DNA of 64,000 bases, taken from a virus. Below are positions 24,954 to 34,819 of this stretch, piece after piece; the first letter of the stretch is position 1, and every line of letters begins with the position of its first letter. Where the stretch lies: positions 5,713 through 69,712 of the IMG/VR virus record IMGVR_UViG_3300030098_000945; one strand, written 5' to 3'. The notes below the pieces were generated by a model. The model was not told where the DNA came from, made no database searches, and saw only the letters and a program-made list of their open reading frames with translations. A program made the translations under genes and the position numbers.

Positions 24954-25340
24954 TTGGCTAGAGATATTTATTATAAGGATGTAAAGTTTACAGCTTATTC
25001 TTTATGGCATAGAGCATTACCTCAAAAGCTCGGAATGATAGATATTGATGCAACGGGTATTTGTTTAAAATGTAAAACTCCTTTGTATCTAGCTGAAACT
25101 GCTTTTGATGTGGGTCAACCTTGGAAGGCAACTACAACTACAAAGAAATTAGCCGAATTAGCTGGTCTGCCAAGTTTCCTGGTTTTTTATAAGGTGGATG
25201 GGGAGAGTATTACATCCTTTAGAATTAAGCAACTAACACCATGGAGATCTGATGAGATGTATATGTTGCCAGATGGTTGGTTGCAAGTGATGCAATTACT
25301 CCAGGAACGGCACGATTTAATTTGTGAGGGGAAGAGATGA
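24954..25340 (+). CDS. Conserved protein, possible nuclease fold (DID..CxxC..LAET)
   Basis: Conserved at 63679 onward. Confidence 0.65.
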   Translation: MARDIYYKDVKFTAYSLWHRALPQKLGMIDIDATGICLKCKTPLYLAETAFDVGQPWKATTTTKKLAELAGLPSFLVFYKVDGESITSFRIKQLTPWRSDEMYMLPDGWLQVMQLLQERHDLICEGKR

Positions 25341-25948
25341 GTTTATTCTTTGTAGGCGATAGAAATATCATATTTAATAAAAAGCTATCAGCTATTGATA
25401 AGATAGTTTATTTTGCGCTGGTTTGTTATATGGGTAAAAAGGATGGGAAAGCCTATCCTCGATATGCGACATTGAAGAAGGAAACGGGGTTATCTCGTAG
25501 TAGTATTCATCGAGCCATTCACAACCTTGCCAAGCACAAATTGATAACAATAAAACGCTTAACTTCGACTAATTTGTATTTATTAACACAACAGTTGGAG
25601 TTAGAGAAATTAAGGCTAAATAGAGTGAAGTCTCTCACAGAGACCAGTGAGGTGTCTAAAAGAGACTTATTAATAAAACCATTAGTATATAACCAGTATA
25701 GATCTAATAATAGGAATACCTATGATAGAGCATTCTCGAACAGGGGGGTTGCTAAACAATCTATAGAATATGAAGGGGAAACATATATAGAATGTGGTCG
25801 TGAGGGTCATTATGTCGAATATAGAAGTAAAAAAGGGAATTTAATCCGCAAACATACATTTAAGAAGGATGAACCTATTAAAATAGTTTCATCACCTAAC
25901 GGGGATAAACCTATAAAAAAGTTTAATGCCATCGAAGAGGTGGCATGA
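25337..25948 (+). CDS. Replication initiator-like winged-HTH protein
   Basis: AYPRYATLKKETGLSRSSIHRAIHNL...NLY pattern. Confidence 0.7.
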   Translation: MSLFFVGDRNIIFNKKLSAIDKIVYFALVCYMGKKDGKAYPRYATLKKETGLSRSSIHRAIHNLAKHKLITIKRLTSTNLYLLTQQLELEKLRLNRVKSLTETSEVSKRDLLIKPLVYNQYRSNNRNTYDRAFSNRGVAKQSIEYEGETYIECGREGHYVEYRSKKGNLIRKHTFKKDEPIKIVSSPNGDKPIKKFNAIEEVA

Positions 25949-26352
25949 AATTAAGAGCTGCTAAAATAATTGATATTTTAGATACTGCTGGCACGGCAGA
26001 ACGGTTTATGCCAGGTTTACCAAGACCCACAAATCCCTCAATGTATAAAATATTACGAGATATTACTTATGAGCCAAAGGATTATGGCTACTGGAATACG
26101 ACTAAAAAGCTAAAATTACGAGCTAATAGTAAACAAATTGATTGCTGGCTATTAGCCATTGATTTACTGCCTAAAGTTGAATTAAAGGATAGAAAGCTAG
26201 TTTGGTCCAGAGCAAGAAAGTATTCCTGGGTAGATTTGGCTAAAATGTATTCTTGTCATCGAGTTACGATTAAGAGGAGATATATAAAAGCAATAATTAA
26301 TTTAGAATTTAGTTTGGATAAATCTATACTAGACAGAATCGATAAAATTTAA
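25945..26352 (+). CDS. Putative late transcription regulator with C-terminal HTH
   Basis: RKLVWSRA..SW..LA....HR.T..RRY; sits just before the packaging genes. Confidence 0.5.
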   Translation: MKLRAAKIIDILDTAGTAERFMPGLPRPTNPSMYKILRDITYEPKDYGYWNTTKKLKLRANSKQIDCWLLAIDLLPKVELKDRKLVWSRARKYSWVDLAKMYSCHRVTIKRRYIKAIINLEFSLDKSILDRIDKI

Positions 26353-26358
26353 TAATAG
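26330..26358 (+). promoter_or_regulatory. Putative late promoter TAGACA-N17-TAATAG
   Basis: Matches the motif at 6510 and 44450. Confidence 0.5.
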
Positions 26359-26370
26359 GAACTATATACT

Positions 26371-26631
26371 GTGGTTGGTAGACCGTTACAGAAAATCCCT
26401 TGCGAAAGTTATACTAGATCAAGCAATTATACTGTTCAATGTAAGTGTAAAGGCAAGCTAATGAAGTCTGGTAAGTTCCGTTGCAAGTTCCATGGAGGAG
26501 CTTCTACCGGAGCAACATCGCTTGAAGGAAAGATAAAAGCATATAAGAATTTAAGACAGTTTAAAAATTATACAGACGAACAATTATTACAATGGATCAA
26601 AAACAAATTAGAGAAATCATCAAGCAGCTAG
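26371..26631 (+). CDS. HGGxSTG-motif protein
   Basis: RCKFHGGASTG. Confidence 0.8.
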   Translation: MVGRPLQKIPCESYTRSSNYTVQCKCKGKLMKSGKFRCKFHGGASTGATSLEGKIKAYKNLRQFKNYTDEQLLQWIKNKLEKSSSS

Positions 26632-27032
26632 AACTTGGCAAACCATTATCAACCATTTGTAAATCAAAAAATATGCCAGATGTATCAACAGTTTATAAAT
26701 GGTGTAGAACTGATGATGAAGTACAAAAGAAAGTTATGGATGCAAGACAAATGGGTGTCTGGACTTTATTAGATAAAATTGCAGAGGATATGGATGTACC
26801 TAAAACACCGCAAGAAGTTCATTGGATGCGTGAGAGGTATAATCATATTAGATGGTTAGCGAGTAGATTATTGTCGACAACATTTGGCGACAAACAAAAG
26901 ATTGAACAAAAGACAGATACAACATTAACTATTAGTTGGGGTAGACCAGATGATAAGAAGGATTTGTTACCAGCTCAGAAGATTGTTGAGAGCATATCAA
27001 GCGAGACTGTTAAAGAGTTACCGACAACTTAA
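26592..27032 (+). CDS. terS: Terminase small subunit (Sf6-like)
   Basis: G.PLSTIC...MP..STVYKW HTH and RW.AS.L....FGDK. Confidence 0.75.
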   Translation: MDQKQIREIIKQLELGKPLSTICKSKNMPDVSTVYKWCRTDDEVQKKVMDARQMGVWTLLDKIAEDMDVPKTPQEVHWMRERYNHIRWLASRLLSTTFGDKQKIEQKTDTTLTISWGRPDDKKDLLPAQKIVESISSETVKELPTT

Positions 27033-27319
27033 CAACTGAATGGCTGGTTAAACTCCGTTCTTTCATGCCAGCGCCAGAGCTGGAGGCTCGCACATTATGG
27101 AGTTCGATTGTGGTTCTACTCCCGACTTACTCCCGTTTGGTTAAATTAATATTGAAAAATGTAGTAAGAGCGACAGGTTATCAACCTAAAGCCTACTTAA
27201 TCTGCATATAAAAAGCTAGATTTTGAAAGAACAAACCAGGGGTATAGACCAAAAACAAGCCGCAACTTTTAAGAATATATAAATCGGGACTTTGACACAC
27301 AGACACAGACAGACACACT

Positions 27320-27508
27320 ATGGATATAAAAAACAAATTAATAACAGCAATGGTATTTACTGCCGAAGATACGGGGGGTTTAATTATTCACTTAAACGGT
27401 TTTGAAGATCAAACCCATGCTAACAAATTTTTAAAAAGATTAATGAAGAACAGCGGCATTGAATACAAGTCGGTTAAAGAGTTATTTGATTTACCAACAA
27501 TTCACTAG
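27320..27508 (+). CDS. Hypothetical protein
   Basis: ORF track; TIH C-terminus. Confidence 0.6.
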   Translation: MDIKNKLITAMVFTAEDTGGLIIHLNGFEDQTHANKFLKRLMKNSGIEYKSVKELFDLPTIH

Positions 27509-27517
27509 GGAGGGATT

Positions 27518-27616
27518 ATGGATTTATTTATTCACGAAGTGAAACACTACTGGAACGACCATAAAAAAGTTGTACTTGGTGTTGCAGCTTTGATTATTAT
27601 ATTAGCGATTTTATAA
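27518..27616 (+). CDS. 32-aa membrane peptide
   Basis: GGAGG SD; TAATG coupling to terL. Confidence 0.55.
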   Translation: MDLFIHEVKHYWNDHKKVVLGVAALIIILAIL

Positions 27617-28893
27617 TGCACATACAAATACCTTATGTTCCAAGACCCCTACAGGCAAAACTGCATAATGATTTAGATAATCATAGATTTGCGGTGTTAA
27701 ACTGCCACAGGAGGTTTGGCAAGACTATACTGATTATTTTACATTTGATTAAGAAAGCTCTTACAAATGATAAAAAGAACCCAAGGTATTATCTTATTGG
27801 ACCAACATTCGTATCTATTAAAAGGGTATGCTGGGATTATTTAAAACAGTACGCAAGCTGTATACCAGGAACTACTTTTAACGAAACTGAATTAAGGTGC
27901 GATTTACCTAATGGTGCTAGGATAACTTTACTGTCAAGTGAAGATCCAGATAAGATTAGAGGAATTTATGCTGACGGGGTTTGTATTGACGAATGCAGCC
28001 AAATGAACCCGATATTGTGGAATGAAATTATTAGACCCGCTCTATCAGATAGAAAAGGTTTTTGTTACTTCATTTCAACACCAGCTGGAATGAGTAATAT
28101 ATTTTATGATTTATACCAGCACGCACAATCTGATCCAACCTGGTTAGCCTACACGGCAAAAGCCAGCGAGACAGGAATTATCGACCAAGAGGAATTAGAT
28201 GCTGCTAAAGCTCAAATGGGAGATGCAAAGTATAAGCAAGAATTTGAGTGCGATTGGATTGCAAATATCGAAGGAGCAGTATATGGAGAAATTATAAAAT
28301 CTTTAGAAGAAAAAAAACAAATAACTAGAATTGCATACGACCCAGCTTTAGAAGTTCATACAGCCTGGGATCTTGGAGTTGACGATAGTACAGCAATAGT
28401 TTTCTATCAATTACTGGGGAACCAGATTTTAATAATTGATTATTATGAAAACAACCGAGAAGGGTTGCCGCATTATGTTCAAGTCGTAAAAGATAAAGAT
28501 TATGTCTATGGGGAACACTTTGCGCCACATGACATAGAAGTAACAGAATTTTCAACTGGTAAGACCAGAAGAGAGGTAGCTTACCAATTAGGAATAAGGT
28601 TTAAGATTTTACCTAAAATAAATTTAGAAGATGGTATCCACAGCTTAAAGATGGTTTTACCTAAGTGTTGGTTTGACGGAGAAAACACAAAACCATTAGT
28701 AGATGCTTTAAGACACCATCATCGAAAATATAACGAGAAGATGAAAATGTTTAGTAATAAACCAGTAAAGGATTGGAGTAGTCATGCAGCAGATGCCGCA
28801 AGATATATGGCTCTGTCGATTACTGATTTACCTAGACAAAAAGCAACAGCACAAAGTTTAGCAGTAAACGAATATAGAATACACGGAGAATAA
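27616..28893 (+). CDS. terL: Terminase large subunit
   Basis: HRRFGKT Walker A, CIDE Walker B, AWDLG nuclease, H..DA.RY. Confidence 0.95.
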   Translation: MHIQIPYVPRPLQAKLHNDLDNHRFAVLNCHRRFGKTILIILHLIKKALTNDKKNPRYYLIGPTFVSIKRVCWDYLKQYASCIPGTTFNETELRCDLPNGARITLLSSEDPDKIRGIYADGVCIDECSQMNPILWNEIIRPALSDRKGFCYFISTPAGMSNIFYDLYQHAQSDPTWLAYTAKASETGIIDQEELDAAKAQMGDAKYKQEFECDWIANIEGAVYGEIIKSLEEKKQITRIAYDPALEVHTAWDLGVDDSTAIVFYQLLGNQILIIDYYENNREGLPHYVQVVKDKDYVYGEHFAPHDIEVTEFSTGKTRREVAYQLGIRFKILPKINLEDGIHSLKMVLPKCWFDGENTKPLVDALRHHHRKYNEKMKMFSNKPVKDWSSHAADAARYMALSITDLPRQKATAQSLAVNEYRIHGE

Positions 28894-28895
28894 TT

Positions 28896-29120
28896 ATGGG
28901 AGCAATATTTAGAACACCAAAAATGCCAGCTATACCAGAGCCGAAACCTTTACCAGAGCCACCAAGCTACGATGATGAGGCAAGAAGAAAAGAGATTGAA
29001 GAAAAAAGAGCCAAAGTAAGAAGAAATAGAAAAGGCAGAAAACAAACAATATTAACTGGAGCTGACGGTTTAGAAGATGACGATAGCTTATTAGTTAAAA
29101 AGAAAAAGTTAGGAGGATAA
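28896..29120 (+). CDS. Small virion protein upstream of portal
   Basis: RKGR..TILT..GL..K.LG motif. Confidence 0.65.
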   Translation: MGAIFRTPKMPAIPEPKPLPEPPSYDDEARRKEIEEKRAKVRRNRKGRKQTILTGADGLEDDDSLLVKKKKLGG

Positions 29121-29804
29121 ATGGGAGGAGCAAGTAGTAGTGGCGGAAATGATAATGATGTATCTGGAGCAGAAGCAGTAGTTACTGGTGGAACAACTTA
29201 TTCATCAAGAAAAATAAATACTAAAAAAAAACCAGCAGACTATAATCCAGAAAAAGACGATACAGAAGCTAAACTATCTTTATTTCATAATCAAGGTGCA
29301 ACTGATATAAAAAATAAAGCAAGCAAAGTTCCATCTCCAGCATTAGCAATTTTATCTGGACCATTACAAGCGGGTTCTAAAATGACTAGAGAATTTTTTA
29401 CTAATAAAGTTTTAACTTCAGAAAGAGGAATGAAAAATCTTGGTTATACTAAAGATGAATTTTCAAGATTAAGCAGAACAAAACAAGAAGAAGTTTATAA
29501 AAGTTATTTAACTGGTAGACAAAGTGGCACAACAGATGCTTATGGAAATGTTAAACCTGGTGGTGGAAATGATAACCAGCCTATTTTATCAAAACCAAAA
29601 ACTACTTATGTTGAAGGAGTGGGTGCATCTGCGGTTACAGCATCTCCAACAAAAGCAGAAATGGATCAAGCAACAGCTACCACAATGTCTGCTGATGAAA
29701 CTTTACTTGCAACAAATAAAAAAGGTAGATCGGAAAATATTTTAACTTCTGCAAAAGGGTTAGGAGATACAAATTTAACAATTAAAAGAAAAACATTAGG
29801 ATAA
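29121..29804 (+). CDS. Virion protein with the same C-terminal motif as the preceding gene
   Basis: KKGR..ILT..GL..KTLG. Confidence 0.6.
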   Translation: MGGASSSGGNDNDVSGAEAVVTGGTTYSSRKINTKKKPADYNPEKDDTEAKLSLFHNQGATDIKNKASKVPSPALAILSGPLQAGSKMTREFFTNKVLTSERGMKNLGYTKDEFSRLSRTKQEEVYKSYLTGRQSGTTDAYGNVKPGGGNDNQPILSKPKTTYVEGVGASAVTASPTKAEMDQATATTMSADETLLATNKKGRSENILTSAKGLGDTNLTIKRKTLG

Positions 29805-29807
29805 AAA

Positions 29808-31403
29808 ATGGCAGTAGAAAAAAAAGCACAAAAAATTATTGACAAATATAATACTTTAAAAAATCAAAGAGTTACTTGGGAAGAACATTGGCAAGAGATT
29901 GCAGATTATTTTTTACCAAGAAAATCTAATATAACTATTAAAAGAACTAAAGGCGATAAACGACACGACCAGATATATGATGGTACGGCTACTCACGCAT
30001 TAGAATTATTATCCGCTAGCTTAAATGGTATGCTAACCAATACGATTTCTCCGTGGTTCGTTTTAAAATTTAGAAATGAGGCAACTAACCAAGATGATAC
30101 AGCAGTAGAATGGTTAGAGAGCTGCGCTAAAATTATGCAGCAAGTATTTGCTCGTTCAAATTTTCAACAAGAAGTTTTTGAACTTTACCATGAACTATTA
30201 GCTTTTGGAACATCGGCTATGTTTATTACTGACGATGTTAAAGATGATTTACGTTTTAAAACTTTACATATTTCAGAAATATTTATTACTGAAAATGAAA
30301 AAGGTTTTGTTGACAGCTTATTAAGAAGATTTCATCTTAAAAATAAAAATATTCCTTTAATGTATCCAGATGTGGTGTTACCAAAATCTTTACAGGATGC
30401 AGTTAAAAATAAACCTTTTGAAGATAGTGTTATACTTCATTCAGTACATAAATCTGATACTCCAATGGGTTATCAGAATAAAGATAATATGGATTATATA
30501 TCATGCCATATTCATCAAGAGACAGGAGCCATTTTAAGAGAAAGTGGATTTAGAGAATTTCCTTATGTAGTACCAAGATATTTAAAATCTTCATCTAATG
30601 AAATCTATGGCAGATCGCCAGCGATGAATGCTTTACCAGATACTAAGATGTTAAACACAATGTCTAAAACATCTATTAAAGCTGCACAAAAACAAATTGA
30701 CCCACCTTTAATGGTTCCCGATGATGGTTTTATTTTACCAATTAGAACTGTACCAGGTGGATTAAATTTCTATAGATCTGGAACCAGAGATAGAATTGAA
30801 CCATTGCAAATTGGATCGAATGCGCCTGTGGGTATTCAAATGGAAGAGCAAAGAAGAAAAGCAATTAGAGAAAATTTCTTTGTCGACCAACTAATGATGA
30901 TACAGGGTCAAAACATGACAGCAACAGAAGTCATGCAAAGAACTGAAGAGAAGATGAGATTGTTGGGTCCAGTATTAGGAAGATTACAAAGTGAATTACT
31001 ACAACCATTAATTACAAGAGCTTTTAATTTATTATTAAAAAATAATAAACTTCCACCAATACCAGAAGAGATTGGCGACCAAGATGTTGAGATAGAATAT
31101 GTATCTCCATTAGCCAAAGCTCAAAAGACACAAGAGCTATCATCTGTTATGAGAGGAATAGAAATATTTGGCTCAATGCAAAATATTGCACCGGTATTTG
31201 ATTATATAGATATAGATGGTTTAGTCGATCACATTAAAAATGTTTTAGGTTTACCAGCTAAAATTATGAGATCAAAAGCAGAGGTTCAACAAATCCAACA
31301 ACAAAAACAACAAGCCGAAATGCAGATGCAACAATTACAACAAGCGCAAGCAGTTGCAGAGAGTGCTGGTAAAATAGCACCAGCTTTAAAGGCGGTTGAG
31401 TAA
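29808..31403 (+). CDS. Portal (head-to-tail connector, T7-type)
   Basis: YGRSP, MTATEV..R.EE....LGP, EYVSPLA. Confidence 0.95.
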   Translation: MAVEKKAQKIIDKYNTLKNQRVTWEEHWQEIADYFLPRKSNITIKRTKGDKRHDQIYDGTATHALELLSASLNGMLTNTISPWFVLKFRNEATNQDDTAVEWLESCAKIMQQVFARSNFQQEVFELYHELLAFGTSAMFITDDVKDDLRFKTLHISEIFITENEKGFVDSLLRRFHLKNKNIPLMYPDVVLPKSLQDAVKNKPFEDSVILHSVHKSDTPMGYQNKDNMDYISCHIHQETGAILRESGFREFPYVVPRYLKSSSNEIYGRSPAMNALPDTKMLNTMSKTSIKAAQKQIDPPLMVPDDGFILPIRTVPGGLNFYRSGTRDRIEPLQIGSNAPVGIQMEEQRRKAIRENFFVDQLMMIQGQNMTATEVMQRTEEKMRLLGPVLGRLQSELLQPLITRAFNLLLKNNKLPPIPEEIGDQDVEIEYVSPLAKAQKTQELSSVMRGIEIFGSMQNIAPVFDYIDIDGLVDHIKNVLGLPAKIMRSKAEVQQIQQQKQQAEMQMQQLQQAQAVAESAGKIAPALKAVE

Positions 31404-31615
31404 TGGATCAAAAAGAACTTAAACAATTAGGAATAGATTATAAAACAGTTTTTAAATCGGAAGCGGGAGAACGAGTGCTTTCTGATTTGGAAAAAAGATG
31501 CAGCTTTCACGCAACTACTCACGTTAAAGGAGACAGCCACGAAAGCGCATTTTTAGAAGGTTCAAGAGCAGTAGTCTTGTTCATTAAAAATATGCTTAAC
31601 AAAAAAGGAGAATAA
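31403..31615 (+). CDS. Small head-associated protein (Bbp19-like)
   Basis: F....G..VL.DL...AF.EG.R.V. Confidence 0.65.
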   Translation: MDQKELKQLGIDYKTVFKSEAGERVLSDLEKRCSFHATTHVKGDSHESAFLEGSRAVVLFIKNMLNKKGE

Positions 31616-31617
31616 AA

Positions 31618-32457
31618 ATGTCAAGCGAAAATCAAGAGGTAGTAACACCAGAAGTTCAAACTGAAAATTCTGTGTTATCTGGAGATCCTAAAACAGAAAC
31701 TCCAACAAGTACAGATTGGAAAGCAAATCTTTCCGATGAAATAAAAGCAGATAAATCTTTAGAAAATATTAAAGATATTGAAAGCCTAGCAAAAAGTTAT
31801 GTCCACGCACAAAAGCTAGTAGGTGCAGATAAAATTCCTGTACCTAATAAATTTGCAACAGAAAAAGATTGGGATGCAGTTTATGAAAAACTAGGTAGAC
31901 CAAAGGATGCAACTGGATATAAATATGAGTTAGGAGAAAATACCAAAATTAATGAAGAGGCTTTAAAAACTTTTTCAGACCAAGCGCATAAGTTGGGACT
32001 ATTACCAACACAAGCTAATGGTGTTGTAAAATGGTATAATGATATGGCAGCTCAACAACAACAAGATGCAGACACAGTAGCCATGGGTGCTAGAGAGCAA
32101 AGCGAAACAGCTCTTAAAAAAGAGTGGGGTCAAGCATACGACCAGCAAATTAATAAAGCGGCAACTGTTGCTAAACAAGTTTTAGATGCTGATTTTTTAA
32201 ATTCAAATTTAGCAGATGGAACTAAAATTGGCGACCATCCAAGTTTTATTAAAGCATTTGCAAATTTAGCAGATAAGATGGGAGAAGATACTATAACACA
32301 AGCATCTGGACCAGCTTATCAAACGCCAGCTCAAATAGAAAAACAAATTGGAGAATTAACACAACAAGGTTCAGCTTATTGGGATAAAAGACATCCTAAC
32401 CATGAACTAGCTGTTAAAGAAGTTTTGGCTTTACGAGAACAAAAAAATCAAGTATAG
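31618..32457 (+). CDS. Capsid scaffolding protein
   Basis: Between portal and capsid; LAKSY, LGRP, LKKEWG. Confidence 0.8.
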   Translation: MSSENQEVVTPEVQTENSVLSGDPKTETPTSTDWKANLSDEIKADKSLENIKDIESLAKSYVHAQKLVGADKIPVPNKFATEKDWDAVYEKLGRPKDATGYKYELGENTKINEEALKTFSDQAHKLGLLPTQANGVVKWYNDMAAQQQQDADTVAMGAREQSETALKKEWGQAYDQQINKAATVAKQVLDADFLNSNLADGTKIGDHPSFIKAFANLADKMGEDTITQASGPAYQTPAQIEKQIGELTQQGSAYWDKRHPNHELAVKEVLALREQKNQV

Positions 32458-32469
32458 CCGAAATATATT

Positions 32470-32559
32470 GGGATAATCGAAAGACCCTAGTTGACACTAT
32501 GAAAGTATAGGTTCCAGGAGAACTAAAATCGAGGTTTCGACCCGTAAGGATAATCAGCC
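32470..32559 (+). ncRNA. Structured leader RNA upstream of the major capsid gene
   Basis: Two GNRA-capped copies of the GG-AUAA-UC/GA-C-CC loop plus a central multi-stem. Confidence 0.55.
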
Positions 32560-32595
32560 GCTTAACATTAACAACAACCCAAGGAGGAACTTATT

Positions 32596-33471
32596 ATGAG
32601 TTCACAAATAACTACTTCTTTCGTTGAACAGTATAGCTCTAATGTTGCTATGCTTTCTCAACAAATGGGAAGTAAACTTAGAGGTTCTGTTGATGTGGAA
32701 ACTGTTAGAGGTAAAAACGCATTCTTCGATCAAGTCGGAGTAACAGCTGCTCAATTAAGAACGAGCAGACATGGCGATACACCTCAAATAGACACGCCTC
32801 ACAGCAGAAGAAGATTGAGCTTGGCTGACTACGAATGGGCTGACTTAGTTGACGATGTCGACAAAGTTAGAATGCTTGTAGACCCGACAAGTTCATACGC
32901 AAGAGCAGCGGCAGCAGCTATGAACAGAGCAATGGATGATGTTATTATAACAGCGTTCAACGCATCTGCGAATACTGGTGTTGCTGGTGGTACATCTACG
33001 GCTCTACCTTCTGGACAAAAAACAGCAACTTCAGACCAATCAGATGGTTTGACGATTGCTAAACTTTTGGCTGCGAAGAAAATCCTAGATAACAACGATG
33101 TTGACCCTTCATTGAAGAGATATATCGTTTGTGGACCACAACAGATCTCGGATCTATTAGGAACTACACAAGTAACTAGCTCTGACTATAACACAGTTAA
33201 AGCTCTTGCTGAAGGTAGTATCAATTCCTACTTAGGATTTGAGTTTATAATGTCAACAAGATTGAACAAGGATGCAACTAACACTACTGACAGATTAGTT
33301 TTTGCATATACTGAAGATGCTATCAAGTTAGGTATCGGTAAGGATATTTCTGCAAAAATTTCTGAAAGAGCTGATAAAAGCTACAGTACACAAGTATATT
33401 ACTGTATGTCGCTTGGAGCAGTTCGTATGGAAGAAGAGAAAGTTGTTCAAATTCCTTGTCATGAAGCATAA
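32596..33471 (+). CDS. Major capsid protein
   Basis: Position, strong SD, QQMGSKLR, DTPHSRR, GAVRMEE. Confidence 0.9.
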   Translation: MSSQITTSFVEQYSSNVAMLSQQMGSKLRGSVDVETVRGKNAFFDQVGVTAAQLRTSRHGDTPQIDTPHSRRRLSLADYEWADLVDDVDKVRMLVDPTSSYARAAAAAMNRAMDDVIITAFNASANTGVAGGTSTALPSGQKTATSDQSDGLTIAKLLAAKKILDNNDVDPSLKRYIVCGPQQISDLLGTTQVTSSDYNTVKALAEGSINSYLGFEFIMSTRLNKDATNTTDRLVFAYTEDAIKLGIGKDISAKISERADKSYSTQVYYCMSLGAVRMEEEKVVQIPCHEA

Positions 33472-33495
33472 TCAATAGAATAGGAGAAAATCACA

Positions 33496-33975
33496 ATGGG
33501 AACTAAAAACTCAGACTTAGTAGCAAATTTTGAAGCTACGCCACCAGTTCTTACAGATAGTGGTCTTTTACACGGAGTTCTTCGTGTTGCACAAGGCACT
33601 ATAGTTGTAGCAGCTGGCGATAGTGATGATGACGATATTGTTATGCTTGCACCGATACCAAGTAATGCGATTGTACCTCAAATATGGGTAGGATCAGATA
33701 CATTTGGCGGTTCATGTACTTTCAATGTTGGAATTTATCAAAGTAATGGAACAGTAGTAGACGAAGATTACTTCGCAACTGCGGTAGCTGATGCTGCTGC
33801 AATGGCAGATGTAAGACACGAAGCTGCTGACATTAATACTGCTGGTAAAGCAATGTGGGAAATGGCTGGAGCAAGTTCAGATCCTGGAGGTTTCTACTAC
33901 ATAGCGGCTACTATGGCTGCTGCGGGTGGAACTGAAGGCGATATGTCTTTCTGCATACACTACGTTGTTAACTAG
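33496..33975 (+). CDS. Capsid decoration/minor capsid protein
   Basis: Follows capsid gene; beta-rich; strong SD. Confidence 0.6.
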   Translation: MGTKNSDLVANFEATPPVLTDSGLLHGVLRVAQGTIVVAAGDSDDDDIVMLAPIPSNAIVPQIWVGSDTFGGSCTFNVGIYQSNGTVVDEDYFATAVADAAAMADVRHEAADINTAGKAMWEMAGASSDPGGFYYIAATMAAAGGTEGDMSFCIHYVVN

Positions 33976-33988
33976 AAAAAAAGAATTT

Positions 33989-34020
33989 TAGGCGGGGAAA
34001 GCGAGAGTGGAACCCGCCTA
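33989..34020 (+). other. Stem-loop TAGGCGGG-GAAA-GC-GAGA-GT-GGAA-CCCGCCTA
   Basis: 8-bp stem, purine internal loop, GNRA cap; no U-tract on +. Confidence 0.6.
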
Positions 34021-34027
34021 GGATGCA

Positions 34028-34234
34028 ATGATAAAAAAGTTAGATAAACCAAAACTTGTCTTACATTTTAAAAGTGGAAATCATATTTATAGATACGTTT
34101 TGGTAGACAGATTTAAAAACGATAACAAGTATCATTATGGTTTTGATACTAAAGAAGAATTAACAGAAGCAGAAATATTTGCTTTAACAAAACCAAGAAC
34201 ATTAAGAAGAAAATATATAATTAAAAAGGATTAA
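34028..34234 (+). CDS. Hypothetical protein (YRYVLVDRF family)
   Basis: Paralogue of 13909 and 51674. Confidence 0.6.
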   Translation: MIKKLDKPKLVLHFKSGNHIYRYVLVDRFKNDNKYHYGFDTKEELTEAEIFALTKPRTLRRKYIIKKD

Positions 34235-34235
34235 T

Positions 34236-34817
34236 ATGGCATCAGTAGTACAAATTTGTAATTCAGCATTAAATCAATTAGGAGCTAGTTCTATTACAGC
34301 TCTTACTGAAAATTCTAAAAATGCAAGAATATGCAACGAAAGATATGAAACAGTTAGAGATGCGGTTTATAGATCTCATCCTTGGAACTGTTTAGTTAAG
34401 AGAGTTCAATTAGCGCAAGACAGCGATACTCCAGCTTGGGGTTTTTCTTATCAATATACTTTACCAAGTGATTGCTTGCGTGTTTTACAAATTAAAGATT
34501 ACAATTCAGATTACAAAATTGAGGGTAGAAAATTATTAATAGAAGAAAGTGAAGTCTATTTAATTTATCTAGCCATGGAATCAGATGTTAATCAATTAGA
34601 TGTTTTATTAAGAGAAACTATATCAGCTTGTTTAGCACAAGATATAGCTTATGCCATAACATCAAATCTGCAAGTTGCAAAACTTATGGCAGAAAAATAC
34701 CAAGCAAAATTATCTGAAGCAAGACATACAGACGCAAGTGAAGGATATAATACTGATCCTAATCTTGCACCAACAGATCAAATAATAACAGAAGATTTTA
34801 TAAACAGTAGATACTAA
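34236..34817 (+). CDS. Tail tubular protein A (adaptor)
   Basis: ICNSAL..LG, HPWN, YTLPSDCLRV. Confidence 0.85.
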   Translation: MASVVQICNSALNQLGASSITALTENSKNARICNERYETVRDAVYRSHPWNCLVKRVQLAQDSDTPAWGFSYQYTLPSDCLRVLQIKDYNSDYKIEGRKLLIEESEVYLIYLAMESDVNQLDVLLRETISACLAQDIAYAITSNLQVAKLMAEKYQAKLSEARHTDASEGYNTDPNLAPTDQIITEDFINSRY

Positions 34818-34819
34818 AT

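Larger units (their letters stand above)
1..27300. mobile_element. Temperate podovirus genome unit A (partial; HTVC010P-type pelagiphage-like); right boundary uncertain (about 25.3-38.4 kb)
   Basis: Ejection, tail, lysis, attP, integrase, recombination, immunity, replication and terS genes in phage order; homologous to but divergent from 38.4-64 kb. Confidence 0.75.

Noticed and set aside
32491-32519. TTGACA promoter in the capsid leader
   Set aside because: No -10 element at 16-18 nt; the bases are better explained by the RNA stems
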